This document shows, piece by piece, positions 39,261 through 52,542 of a stretch of 64,000 nucleotides of DNA; position 1 is the first letter of the stretch, and every line of letters starts with the position of its first letter. The notes under the pieces were generated by a model. The model saw only the letters and a program-made list of their open reading frames with translations, ran no database searches and had not been told where the DNA came from. Origin of the DNA: Octopus bimaculoides (taxonomy: Eukaryota); assembly GCF_001194135.2 (NCBI RefSeq), contig NC_068998.1, positions 21,848,233-21,912,232 of the forward strand, given 5' to 3'. The translations under genes were made by a program, and so were the position numbers.

Positions 39261-40299
39261 TGTTTCCTACACACTTTCACTTTCGCAGAAGAGTATTCGT
39301 CACATCAGATTTAGAGAAAATGAATATAGTCTTTTCCAATATGTGTCTATAGCCGCTCATATGAATAAAAGTATGCGCATTTGAGGCAGTACTACAATAC
39401 CCATCTGCGTATCTTAATGCCCAGACGCTGTTGACACGTCAGTTGTTCCATGAGATAACATTTACTACGGGCCTACTGTTTTAAAAACATAATATCAGAG
39501 GCATTCTATTAAAACGGGATAATCATGAATAAGGAGAAATGATAAACAACTTCACATAAATATATACATGTAAATAATTATAAAAGGAGAAAATTATATT
39601 ATGAAGAGTAAAAAACTTTCAACTATAATAATGATTCCATTTTATGAGGCAGTGCTTCAGAATATAAGTCCGGAAATAGCTATGAAAAATAGTTCCGCAC
39701 TATCGGGAAAGCATTCACTGAATTGTGAACAGACTTAAGATACGGGTATGGTAGTATAAAGAAGCGCGAATGATGCGTGTGTGGTATAGATACGATTAGT
39801 AAAGTTATTCAAAAGACACGTTGTATTCAGCCGTTTTCAAATAAGGAAAATAATCATGCCGATGTGCTATTCAAGCATATCAGAGTGTTCTTATACTAGT
39901 AATTTAGAAGCTGTGGCGAAAGGAGTACTGTAACAGCTGATGGTATTTCACAATAAATCAGATAGACGGCAAAAATAGAAGATTTTTTTCGATTATTTGT
40001 GCTATAAATCTGAGTATTAATCTAATTTCTGACGTCAGTAATTGTTAAGTTAAGAATAAAGATCTGTAGGACAGTTTGGAAAAAAAGACTAGGAAGGTGA
40101 TAGGAGTAGACAGATTTCTTTATCAGATAATAGTATTATTAACCATTTTACCCACGTCTATGATAAAAATTAATCTTAGTTTATGTTTTCAATTCATAAT
40201 TAGATAGTAACTTTTGTTATTAATATTATATATGAATAGTTAATTTAATACAATATATTCTTAGAAATTAGATTTACATTCGATTACCAATATGTAAAA

Positions 40300-41450
40300 C
40301 TTTCATTAAGCATTTATATAGAAATGTTTATAAGCAGAGGTCCCCTTCCTGACCGGATTAATTATAATCCCAGAATAGATTTGTAAATTATTCCTAGAGT
40401 CATCCACAAACTTAAGTGCTACATTCTCCTCGGTACAATTACCATTTAAGGCATAAGCGTTCCTAGATCTACAAATATAGTTTTTCTTTAGGTCTATAGG
40501 ACCGTTTACATAGTAAATATTATAACTTACGGTAAACAAATTTAGGTTTGATCAAACCTTTTAATTTATTTGCCGAGCATTTGTTTAGAGTTAATAGTGT
40601 TTGGTCACCAGTGCCTACATAACTAATATTCTCTCCTCCCTTAGGTTCAACAATCATATTTTTACTGATTGCAATTATTATTCTCGGTGATTCAGATTTG
40701 ACGTGTGTAGTACGAGAATGCATAGTATTCCCTTCCTTGAATTACTGTAATTCTCTATAATAATTTCTGACCAAAGCCCAAATAGAAGCTGCCGTAATGG
40801 CGGTGACATTAGGTGTGGCTTTGAATATGAGACCTTAGTTCTTTTTCCATCAAATATACTACTAGAGCTATGATGAAGAGGGAAAATGCTTTCCAATAGT
40901 TAGAAACAATAACAGGATTGATGTTGAATTCCCAGAGGTAAAATCAATGTGACGTTAATTAATGTCTCCAGCGTCTTTTCGTATACTATCAGGTTTATAA
41001 GTGCTGTTATATTCAATGAGTTGACTACCAGTTGCTGTACCGATATTCGTAGCCATAGTGAAAGTTCTTTGATCAATGGCATCTGACATAGCTTTCCTTC
41101 TGGCACCTTCTCTCTCTTTCTCTCAGACAGACAAAAATAGTGTCGAAAATATATCTGTTTTTGTTCAAGCCGTTGTCATACCGGACGTTTTATTTGAAGC
41201 TCTGGATCTAGCCTATTTTTCTCTTAATTACAGTCAACTGGGTAATTTAGATTATATAAGGACTTGCTTCAGTTAACAACCATAAGATTTCCGACAAAGC
41301 AATATGGGTTTCTTCTAAAACCGATTTTCCAAGATAATTCACATTTCCTCATGTATATTTTTATATGTGTAAGTTGTTCGTTTCTAATTTCACACTGCAT
41401 ATTACCATCTCCTTCATGCATTTCCTGTATAATGGGCAAATACCACGAAT
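40300..41450 (-). pseudogene. Unidentified decayed protein-coding block (possibly viral or Maverick/Polinton-derived)
   Basis: Consecutive, overlapping, high-complexity reading frames broken by stops and frameshifts: MSDAIDQRTFTMATNIGTATGSQLIEYNSTYKPDSIRKDAGDIN*RHIDFTSGNS; FKATPNVTAITAASIWALVRNYYRELQ*FKEGNTMHSRTTHVKSESPRIIIAISKN...GGENISYVGTGDQTLLTL; YVNGPIDLKKNYICRSRN...EENVALKFVDDSRNNLQIYSGIIINPVRKG. No transposase or RT motif recognised. Confidence 0.4.
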
Positions 41451-41536
41451 TCTAAAGTTGTACGATCACGGTTCACCTACTGTTATCCCACCTTTTTCAA
41501 TGAGCACAGCAGCATCATAACCAATAACTAACCATA

Positions 41537-42709
41537 TGAGAGCTGTTCATTTAAGATTTCCCCTGACTGACTTGCGGTTATTGTATAAAACTGGACCAAG
41601 GTGATGTAACGAAGGCGGTTGATTGCAGATCAGTGACCAGGTTCTTATACTTGAAAGGTCATACACCAAAAGAGTCTTGAGATAAAATGAAAGAAGTTCA
41701 TGGTGATGATGTACCATACAGCGTAGTCAAGCACTGGTATTGGCAGATAAAATGTGGTTGCACATTGGTAGTAACTGCTCCTAATCCTGGACGACCACAT
41801 GTTGCCATTGATGACGAGGCTATCCATAAAATGGAAGCCCTCATTTTGGAGGATCACCGCATATCTATTCTATAACTAGCCCAAAAAGTAAAGATAAGTG
41901 TAGGGTCCGTAGAAAAAGCATTCACGACCATTTGCATATCCGGAAGATTTCTGCACGATGGATTCCCCGGAGGCTCACATCTTTTCAGAAGCAGGAACGA
42001 ATCAATTGGTCCCAGGGTTTTTTGGCAATGTTCCAAGAAAACGTGAAGGATGTCTAGGTAGACTTATCATAGAAGATCAAACATGGATCCAACACCATGA
42101 TCCTCAGACTAAAGTCCAGTCGAAGCAATGGAAGCATGATAACTAGCCACCTCCAAAGAATGCTTGAGCCCAACCCTCAGCAGGCAAGTTGATATTCAGT
42201 CTTTTAGGACCAGCGCGGATGATGAATTTTCTGGCAACGAACACCACTATTATGCTTCTCTGCTGCAGAAACTGTAGCACGCCATCAAAGCAGACATGCG
42301 TTGCATGCTGACCAAATGAATTTGTCTCATCCAAGATAACACACCAGTTCACAATGCGCATGTTGCCCAGATGAAAGCACACTCCAACGGCTATGAGATA
42401 TTTTCTCACCGCTCTTACTCTCGAGACACCGCACCATCTGACTTCCACCTCTTTTCCACCATGAAATCCTTTTTGAAGAGGAAGCAATTCGGATGATTGA
42501 TAATGAACCTATTTTCGAGGTAAAGTCATGGCTCCAGACACAACCTATGGACTTGTGCAGACGAGGTCTGTACAGCCCTATAAAGCGATGGTAGAAGTGT
42601 GTGACCATTGGTGGTGACTAGGTAGAGAAGGACTAATAATTATGCCAAGTTTCGTTTGACCCAATCGCTGGGAAGTGAGTCAGTGGAAATTTTTAATGAA
42701 AACCCCTCG
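41537..42709 (+). mobile_element. Full-length mariner (DD34D) with TIRs and TA TSD, inactivated
   Basis: 41535-41573 matches the reverse complement of 42673-42711 at 31/39 positions, including TA. RSVTRFLYLKGHTPKE, VKHWYWQIKCG, PNPGRP, EDQTWIQHHDPQTKVQSKQW, IQDNTPVH, DTAPSDFHLF. Confidence 0.92.
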
Positions 42710-43445
42710 TATATACATACATAATACATACATACACGCATACATGCAGGAATATGTGAGTGCACGTATATGTGTGGGTGTGTTGATTAACATAATTCTT
42801 GATATTCCAAATACTATTATGCTTATATAACCTAAATCAAACCACATAACAACAAATGTCTTATCTCAAAGTTGTCCTCCAACGGCCTCAAGTGTTGTGA
42901 CAATTGCCAAACACAGGAAACGTGTTGGCATTCAGTCAATATTGACTATGAACTATTTAAACAAAAGAGGGCATAGCTGTCAATGAACGTGCCAAATATT
43001 TCATTGGGAATGAAAGTTTTTCAGATTTCTCACAAGAGTATGAAAAGAATATTAAAAATCAAGGTAGTCAAAAGAAAGTAAATTTTGTCATTCAAATTAC
43101 AAAATATGATGCAATAGTAGTTTTATGCAAACACGTTGCAAAATAGGTGTTTTGTTAATTGATCTCAATCGGATTTCTAGTAGATAATGTTTAAATTTCC
43201 GTTTTCAATTAATGAAATTACTTCGAAATTGAATGTAGTTATGCCAAGTATAATTTTGCAAGTGAATACTGAATATGATTACTAAGTATTCTCGGGTAAA
43301 TTTCGATTTTCAGTCAGCATAAACCTCTTGAAAACGTATTCTCTTTCTAATAGAATTTAGGCCATTAGCAAAAACTAACAATGGCATCATTCAGCTCTGA
43401 ACAGAACGTTTCAAGTGCCTTCATTATTAAAAGTGAATTATTTGT

Positions 43446-43514
43446 GGTCGATAAATTAAGTAGCAGTTGCGTACTGGGGTCGATCTAATTCCTTAAAATT
43501 TCGGACCTTGTGTC
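43446..43514 (+). mobile_element. SINE family A 3' fragment
   Basis: GGTCGATAAATTAAGTAGCAGTTGCGTACTGGGGTCGATCTAAT...AAATTTCGGACCTTGTG. Confidence 0.75.
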
Positions 43515-46500
43515 GTTCGAATTATTATCTATTAAATAATGTAGAATACTTATAAAATTTCTTTTGGTAAACTGTAATTTATCTATGTAAATAAACTTCA
43601 GACGATAATATACATAAATCTTTAATAAGTTTACTTAAATGATTTTCGCGTCTTTATGCTCGAAAATGACCTCGAATACGACGAAATGTTATTTTCATCA
43701 GTCTGGTGCTTGATTTTCGTGTTCACGATAATTAAGGCGAGTTTGGTACTTAAATGATTGCTGTAATATCGAATCTAAATCCCCTAATATTTGCTATCTT
43801 AATTAATTTTATTCTCTATTTTATTGAATATTTTTCATAGTAAGAAAGTAAGATCACAGACAAGGGAAATTGTGATAGATTTTCATAATTACTTAATTAT
43901 TAAGTATAATATATATATATGTGTGTATTTTAAAATGTTTATTGGAAATCCTGTTAACAACTTTCCATGAAGGCAATATTTTATTTCACATTCTTAACAA
44001 CTTTGGTCAGGCCTAGTATTAAATATTATTACTCTCTGCAATAAATCAGTAACATTTATTGTTCCTTGTTGTTGGTCTTCTTGTTTATCAAAGTTTAGAG
44101 GAGGTAGGTGATGAACGGTCGCATCAAATCAAACTATATTACCATTTTTATGAGTAAATCAAAGGCAAAAAAGAAACATTTTAATACTTAGTTATATATA
44201 ATATAACTTACAATAAGAAATTTTATTGAATATAAAAGCAATAATTATATTAGATTAACATTTTTCGATGTAATTTTTCAAAGCTGGAAAGTTAATAATT
44301 TGATAGTTATTGAGAAATCTAAGTGCTAATAAAATATAACCAACAGATAAATAATGGAATCTGTAGACAATTCAAATAGAATAAGTCATAAAACAACAAA
44401 GTTCACTTTTTGAAGCATTTTTAATTACAATTTCTTTCATTATGCATATACATACACACACACACACCCACACATATCTATACACATACATATACATAAA
44501 TATATATGTTTGCGTGTTTGCGTGTTTCTGTGTATAAGTGTCTATGCATACCTATAGCCCATATAGGTAAATATGCGCATGTGCTTATATATAAAATATA
44601 TTTATACACAAGTATATGTAAAGATATGTTTGAATGCATATATATATATATANNNNNNNNNNNNNNNNNNNNNNTATATACACGAATAAAAAGTAAACTT
44701 CAAGAAAGTGATTGCACTTAATATATATTACAAAAAACGTACACTTTGGACAAGCGACAAAATATAGATGGAATATTACTTGCAATTTTCTGTTATTTTC
44801 TAGTTCCCTTCATACGAGAGGTGTTGCACATGAAGCCAGCCCCTATTTTATCACGTATCTTAAAATGACACAAATCAGGTCTTTTGCAACTTACTTTTAA
44901 GTCTATTGTCTCCTAATTTCATGAAATGTCAGTACGTTTCACACGAATGATCTCATTGTTTTACGCATTGTAAGAGTATCTTGAATTTCGTACGTACTGG
45001 ATGCTATTACTAAATTTTCCTTTCATTCCTGAATTGTATACGTGTTTCCTAAGAATCGATGATAAATCAGCTAGTCACTAAAGTATCGAGAGAAGTGTGA
45101 AAGACAGAGGTTCGTGCATGTTTCTTCCTGCAGAAATCGATATGCCATCATGGATTTTAAATACCGAGAAAATAGTGTACTTTTGTTATGATCATTGCTT
45201 TGAAAACCCTGAGGGTGTCTCTATGCAAAATACGCGGTTCGCAGTAGTGTACTTTATAGAACCTATTAAGACTAAATACGCAAATATAAGCACCGATCTG
45301 CGACAATATGTGCGACAAAACTTTAAAGAGAACCTGTTGCATTGCTGAGACTGAACGGTCTGGTTGCTTCTAATTGACAAGACGCATTATGAACCACATA
45401 TATCCTAGAATCCCCGTGCGCCAATGACGTGAGTGTGTTGAAAACACCCGTCGCAAAGTAGAGATGTTAGTCTTCTATGACGTGCACTACAGCACCTAGC
45501 ATATAGTGTGTCTATATGTGTCTAGACGTATTAAAAGTAAGTACGCAAATATTTGCAGATAAGTGTTACGGATATTGTAGTTAAATGCCATGGCTACTGT
45601 AGGTTTCATGCAACTCCTAGAAAGATCGAATCTAAGTCGCATTTATATGTAATATCTGACGAAACTTTTCTCTTTTTAGATATTATCTCTCAGTAAAATA
45701 AAAATTGATTATATACTTTCTTACAGAAAGTGAATTTTTGAGCACCAGTTTCAGATTCTTCATAATTTTCCAAGTTGGTTTTCTCAAACCTTTCAATATC
45801 CCCGAGAATAATTGTATTTAAGACTTTCGCTATTTTCCCATAAGAAATAATGAAATGTTTTGGAACACGTAATCCATTTGATTATGTTATCTATATATTT
45901 GGATGGTGGAAGGATTTACCTTAAGTATATTAGCTAAATAAATCAGCTAACAGTCACCCAGTGTTTGTAATGATTTATCAGAATGAGTTTTAATCCTGAT
46001 AAGGATATACAGTTGAATGCTAATGATATATTGTCGGGACATGATTTATCAGTTGAAAAAATATGAAAACATAAGACATTCATAAAACAAAGCTAACAGT
46101 CTATTTACTAAGGTACCAATTTCATATTACACGACTACATTTAAAGCCAAGTGATCACATGAATATTTGAAAATCTTTGTATCTGGACATTCAAGAGTAG
46201 ACACCAATTTAAAGTGAAGATGGTTCAGCACGAGAATATGATTAGAGGGGGGGGCGGTTTTATCTGGCGGGTTTGGATATTGTAGCATGCAATTTCGTAG
46301 AGTTGTTTTAGCAGTAGGAAAAATTAATTTTGAAGATAAGATGGAATTAATATTTCTAAATCATTTCAACATTTCCTATTGCATGTGTACTGCTCATTCA
46401 GTTAAGCGACCATTATTCAAACAAGGTAAAATTTGCGGTAGGTAACACCAACTGATGGGGTCTAAGGTGAAATATGCGACATTGCCAGCATTTGCCTAAA

Positions 46501-46675
46501 CGCTGTATCAGCTATAGAGGAGGATGTACTGGTAAAAGTTTCTGTTGGCATTTTCGTATCAAGGATTCTTTATTTGTATAAATGTCAACAGTAATCGATG
46601 ATTTAATATTACTGATAAAGAAAGTTGTAAATGATTATTTTCTATGTACCCTGTGCACGGCGTTGTTATAGATAT

Positions 46676-47872
46676 ATACATATAACCATGACAGAAGTAA
46701 AATAGACACCCTGTAAAACATAATTTTATGTTGATTCTAACTTGTAAAGGTTTATATATTTTTTTTACTAATTGACATTTTTATATTTCAGGTTGTATAT
46801 GTGACTGTTTAATCATACCATATACAAAAGAAGCCTTGGAAGTGTCTGAATTTCAAAGAAGCCATATTCTAGGTCTTTCTGAAGGTGGACATAGTCAGTG
46901 TAAAATCGCAGTTAATAGTGCGATTGTGCAATTCACTAAAGAGTAGAAGTTCACATCACCTCACCCAGATCAATCAGAGCTCTCTGACTGGACCCTTCTT
47001 TTTGTTAAGAGACGTGGTGAGGATAATCCTCGTTGCAAGACCTCTGATATAGCAGAACAAGTTGGTGTCAGTCCCAGAAACAGCTGTCAGTTGTCTCCCG
47101 AAACATGGGTACTATGGCAGAGCAGCAAGAAGGAAGCTACTTCTACCAGCCAATACCAAGCGGAGAAAAGATTGTGCCAGTGAGATGGCAGAAAGGTCAC
47201 TAGCATCTCGGAATATTGTTATAGCCTCTGATGAGTCCAGATTTGCTGTATTTCGGGACAGTGGTCGAGCGTGGGTTGCAGCCAACAATGAAACACGGCA
47301 GATATTCTGCGATGGTCTGGGGAATAATTTGGAGCAATGATCGATCAGAGCTGGTGGAGCCTGAGGGAAAAACAAACTCTGATACATATGTGTCCATATT
47401 GCAGAAAGGACACCTTCCCCTCTTTTCCAATGGTGAAATGTTTAAAGAAGACTCTTTATTTCTAGAAGATGGAGCTCCTTTTCACACGACTGAAATGACC
47501 TTAGATCTGTTGGATGAGAATGGCATTCAGAAGCTTCCATGGCGAGGCTAGCCACCAGATATCAACCCTATTGAATACATCTGGGATATGATGGACAGAA
47601 CACGTCATAAGAATACAAGAAATCATCTTAAAAGTCAGATCTTCTGCGATTACTGCATGCAACTTTGCAAGAAATTCCGCAAGAAAATATCCGCCAGTTG
47701 ATCAATATCATGCTTAATGGGTTCCTTGCACTGAAAAATGCAAAGGACATGCCTAGTAAATATAAATATTAGAATTATAACGATTAATAAATAATTCGAA
47801 TGTACAATTTCAGATTTTATATAAATTTTAATTATTATAAGGGTTTCTATTTAATTCTTTCATGTTTGTGTA
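46676..47872 (+). mobile_element. Tc1 (DD34E) transposon with ~40-bp TIRs, inactivated
   Basis: CATGACAGAAGTAAAATAGACACCCT (~46687) is inverted relative to AGGGTTTCTATTTAATTCTTTCATG (~47840-47864). EVSEFQRSHILGL, HGYYGRAARRK, IASDESRF, SAMVWGII, FLEDGAPFHT, LPWRG*PPDINPIEYIWD. Confidence 0.9.
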
Positions 47873-49787
47873 TAACAGTGGGTCTTATCATCTGTATAGG
47901 GGTGTGAGATACTTAAGGTGATGCAAAAGAAGTCACCAATGCTTGAATATACAAAAAGTGAATTTGGGGTATACTTCTTAAAATATTTTAATATACTATG
48001 TCATTGGAGTGGGTGGAAGCTGTAAGTACCCGATGTGCAAAAAGTTATTGTGTAAAGTATGAGTCATTACACGTGCAACTTTCTCAAGAAACTCCTATAT
48101 TATTCACAGTTGACCTTTTAATGTTTTTTTTTTGTTTCTGTAATCTTTCATAGACTCCTTTGTACAACTACAAATGGTGTGCTTGGAGTGCAATGACCTA
48201 AAGAGAGTAATTGAGTCAGTAATATACTCTATTTTCTAGGTGGTTTACTTGACGACAGTAGAAGTAATAGGTTACATGGTTACAGCTGTAGTATATCAGC
48301 AATTTAAAACATGGATTTTAAGATAAAGGAAAACAGAAAATTTTAGTTTCTGTTAATAGGTTACTAAGAAGAATTGCATGCACTTTTATAAAGCTTCTGC
48401 GATCTATGGGAGGGAGCGGAGAGATACCTGAAAACTGATGACAATACTATAAAATCGTTCCACAGCCTGGAATATTGGAATTCAAATTGCCCCCTAGAAG
48501 CCAGATGTTACTGTCGGGAATCGATGAACTACAAAATGAATTAGCTGTTCTGTCGACAAACGTTCTCATATATTCTGCATGCAAACTTCCATTCACAATA
48601 ATTTGGCGCAATATATATAATGTATGTATATGTATGTGTGTGTGTTTGTGCCTGTGTGTGTTTGTGCCTGTGTGTGTTTGTGCCTGTGTGTGTGTGTGTG
48701 TGCGTGGTTATGTGTGTGTATGTGAGTGTTAGAAAATACCTTAAGTGTCACAATGTCAGATCAAAATATAAAGTGATTCTACGGAAGAAATCGCAAAGAA
48801 AGCGATAACATAAATAAATGTAGTTTTCCCAATAATTTGAGCTGAGAATCAATACCTAAATTATACTTTATATATTATAAATAAGATACAACTTATGTCA
48901 GAGAACGTATTATATATTACCAATATTTATCTAAATATTCTGAGCAACCAGTGTTATAAATATTTGATAATCGCCATAGTCATGTTTGGTCAGATTTTAT
49001 GAGCCGTTTTTTCTTATTTTTTCTTTCCTTGTTTTTTCAATGTTGTAAAAACAACATTGACCTGTGATATATATCTGTGCAACGCTAGGTTATTGCAAAT
49101 TATTTAATTCTGAAAGCTCAGAAGAAATGACGAATAAAAATGGAAGTTATATTGTCAAATACTGAATGGTAGTACATGTTTAGATTTACTTCCTTTAATA
49201 TAATTGTACAAACAATTCAGAAAGAAAAAAAAAATCGGCTTTTATTGATTAGGCATTGTAAAATTATACCATACAAAAGCAGGCATATTATTACAGAGAC
49301 AATATTTCATAGAAATTATTGCAGTAACTGTTTAATTATGTTTTCATAAATATCATACTAAATTAACATCCCAGTTGATTTGTTATCGCAACAATTAATT
49401 CAATATAATTCATTTATACACACAGTTTCTCAAATTTAAGCATTAATCAATGTATTAATAGAAATACATAGCAACACAAATAGACTTTCAATTTGATTGC
49501 TGGCAGCGATGTATGTTAATTCCTTTCAGGCAATGTTAACACCTAACCCATACTGGATAAAAGCAATATGTCTGTCATAATGTGAAAATTGTTTGAAACC
49601 TTTTTTTTTTAATTTTAACAAAAATGTTAAGGAAAATATTATTTCTCAGTAGAAGTAGAAAATAGTGAATATTCATTTTATGCATTTATAGCTTGCATAT
49701 TTGGAGAACAAAATAAAGTAATTTACCATAATGTAAACACATTTTAATGAATTATATCTTGATTATATCCTTTTAATATCGATATCA

Positions 49788-49838
49788 CGCCGAGGTCAAC
49801 TTCTCCTTCACCCTTCCAATAATAAAAAAAAGACAAGT
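49788..49838 (+). mobile_element. SINE family A central fragment
   Basis: CGCCGAGGTCAACTTCTCCTTCACCCTT resembles CGCCGAGGTCGACTTTGCCTTTCATCCTT at ~16499. Confidence 0.5.
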
Positions 49839-50259
49839 TTTGGCATTACTTTCTCTCTGTCTATCAGAATCAGTTTCGCTACACTGTAAGAGAAACATAA
49901 AACAATATACTAATGGTAGCTTGGTTAGACTGGGACACTTGTACGCAATAATGTATAAACCACAGAATTGACATTGTACCCTATATATTATTCTCTCATT
50001 TCCTTCATACTTTCAATTAACTTTAATTACAGTGAAATTATAGATGGTACATCCTGAGTAAAAATAGTAACATAATACATTTTTCATTGATATTTACTAC
50101 TATATCATGATGAATATTTTCTAATAGAAAATAAGTTCATCTATTGATTTTTATATTGAATATTGCATTAGATAAATTAAATGCATCATTGTCTTGAAAA
50201 TTTCTTGGGTATAATATTTTCAGATAATATTTGGAATATGTAAGAAACTATTACACATA

Positions 50260-51080
50260 TTGGATTGCCAGATAAATTCGTTCATTTTTATCCATGTATT
50301 TCAATCCTTATTTTTCGTCAACAATTTTAACCCGTCGGTCAGCAGTATATTCTTCTTCATTGTTTGAGACATTTTGCCAATGATCTAGCTTGTCACTACT
50401 TTCACAGTAGAATCTCCACCTCTTAGCACCAAAAATTCGTGTAGCCACATTTTCAGCTCCTCGTCGTTGTTGAACGAAACGCTTTGCAGCTTGTTGGAGA
50501 GCGACCGAACAATATAAGAATCTGATGGTGCTATATATCTGGAGAAGCCGGGCACAGTAATACTTCGCAACCGAACTCTGGATAGCACTTTTATTCAAAT
50601 TACCGACGTTGGGTGGAGCGTTGGCGTGTTGAAGAAGCTCAGTGTGTCATCAGTCCGATCGTTTCAGTTGGATTTTATAAACATAATGCTTTGCATTGAC
50701 CATGTGATAGTTTCCAGGCTTTTTAATTGTAAATTAAATCTTCCCAATCACACTAGAGCAGGCCGTATCTTCCATAGATGCAATTATGGCTTTAAATGTG
50801 GTGCTTATTGATTTTGGAGATTCATGCATTCTTTACCCTGATTCATATTGACGTAAATATATCAATCTCTGTGTTTATGAATGTCGAATGAACAACCTGG
50901 TGGCGACGGGGAAGCGCTAGGGATTGTCTCTTTCATTCAGAGTGGGTGGCACGCATGCTTCGTGCTTTGAGACCTTAACCATCGACTGAAGATGAGACGA
51001 CGGGCGACATGAGAGTATCTCAGTTACTGCACTAATTCTGAAGTGAAGTGGGATTCATCTTCGTGGATGAGCGCCTTCAA
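50260..51080 (-). mobile_element. mariner (DD34D), 5'-truncated, decayed
   Basis: LKALIHED, HLQSMVKVSK...VPPTLNERD, YIYVNMNQGKE, IAPSDSYIVRSLSN...SFNNDEELKMWL. 3' TIR read on the + strand as TA|TTGGATTGCCAGATAAATTCG at 50258-50280. Confidence 0.85.
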
Positions 51081-51499
51081 TCACATAAAATTAGCAAGAA
51101 AGTAACGTATTTATCTGATAACCAAATACTTATACATTTCTAAATATATATACATAGCTTGATTATATTCATTAGACTTTAGTAATATTATAAACATATG
51201 ATTCAGTTGGAATAATTCATCCGGGAATTAGCTGAACTGTAATAAAATTGTTTTTAAACATAAATGATTTTAAAACGATCTTGTGGAAACTTTCCACGTT
51301 TATGAACATCCCAAACGAATGGGATGTTCATGTTTCTATAGGATAACAGTAGAAGACGAAATAAACAATAGCTATAAGTTCAGCAACTCACATACTAACT
51401 ATGACAAATAACCATTGAATTTTGTAATGAATTATTTTGCAAAATCCTATTAACAGGCCAGTACTAAATCCTGAAATTAGGAGAGTACCTACTTAAATG

Positions 51500-52542
51500 G
51501 TAGCATCTTAGGTATTCCGCAAGCTTGCAACAAAATATTCTCCACTATAAGCTTTCACAGTGCTGTTTGAAATAGGTAATAACTGTCCATAAGACAAGCG
51601 TAAAGGTTTCATTGCTTCGTTGGTTAATTGTTGATGGCAAAGAAAGCACATTGGTAACTGACAGTTCTCAGGAGAGGGAATAAATCCAAATGATAAAGAA
51701 TCATTACTGTATTGTCGACAAATTTTCTTGACTGGCGGCATCAGTAAAGTGAAGATGTGAAAACAAATTTCTACGGACGGCGTTAGAAAGGCAGTATGGT
51801 ATTCGATAATACGCATCTAATCCGTTTGGCTGCCAGCATTTCAAAAATTAAAATGTATCGAAAAGTTTAAAATTTGGTACATTAATGTTACTTTCCAAGC
51901 TAAATGTCTGGAATTATACAACTTTTTCCAGAAAACTGTTTTTATAAAGTAATAGAGGTTTAGAGTTTAATCATTTTAATCCAGTCATGAACACGATTTC
52001 AAAGCTGTCAACTTGTGCGTGACTGCACATTTTGTCAGCATCCTGAAAAAAGCACTTGTGCTTTGATACGATACCATAGAATTACCCACGACATATAACT
52101 CCTCATAACTCTATTACTTTTTGGAGTTTTCGGAAAATGTTTCCGAATTTGTATATGCAGGACTTCATACGATTATGCCAAAAAAATCTAAAAAGAGTTG
52201 TGTTGGGGCATGATTTAAGGCCTAGGCCTATTTGGCTGCAAATTTCAGCACATATGACAACCATCTCAATGACTGTGTGTCAAAAATATTTCATCGATAA
52301 ACAAGTCCGCTGTTTTAATAGAAAGGGACGATTCATGCGAGCAGTCAAATCGATAAAAGTGCATCCTTATTCTGGGTATGCCTAGATATAAGTATTGGAG
52401 AGTTAATTTCTAAAAATTCTTTGTTCCCATCGCCCACCAAAATCTCAAATCGCTCACCATTTTTTTTTAAATTCGCCCATTGCCCGCCTGTAAGCTACAA
52501 TCGCCCACCGGTGGTCGAATGGGCCCACTTTGAAGAGCTATG
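51500..52542 (-). mobile_element. hAT (Buster/Charlie-like) transposon 5' portion, internally deleted
   Basis: Minus-strand terminus CATAGCTCTTCAAAGTGGGC at 52542, with repeated subterminal TCGCCCA-like motifs (~52420-52510). N-terminal BED-finger KKICRQYSNDSLSFGFIPSPENCQLPMCFLCHQQLTNEAMKPLRL, jumping to LPISNSTV. Confidence 0.72.

Noticed and set aside
46150-46620. Possible older Tc1 catalytic-domain remnant left of the 46676 element
   Set aside because: Only vague GGG..W and FxQ similarity; catalytic motifs are not recoverable.
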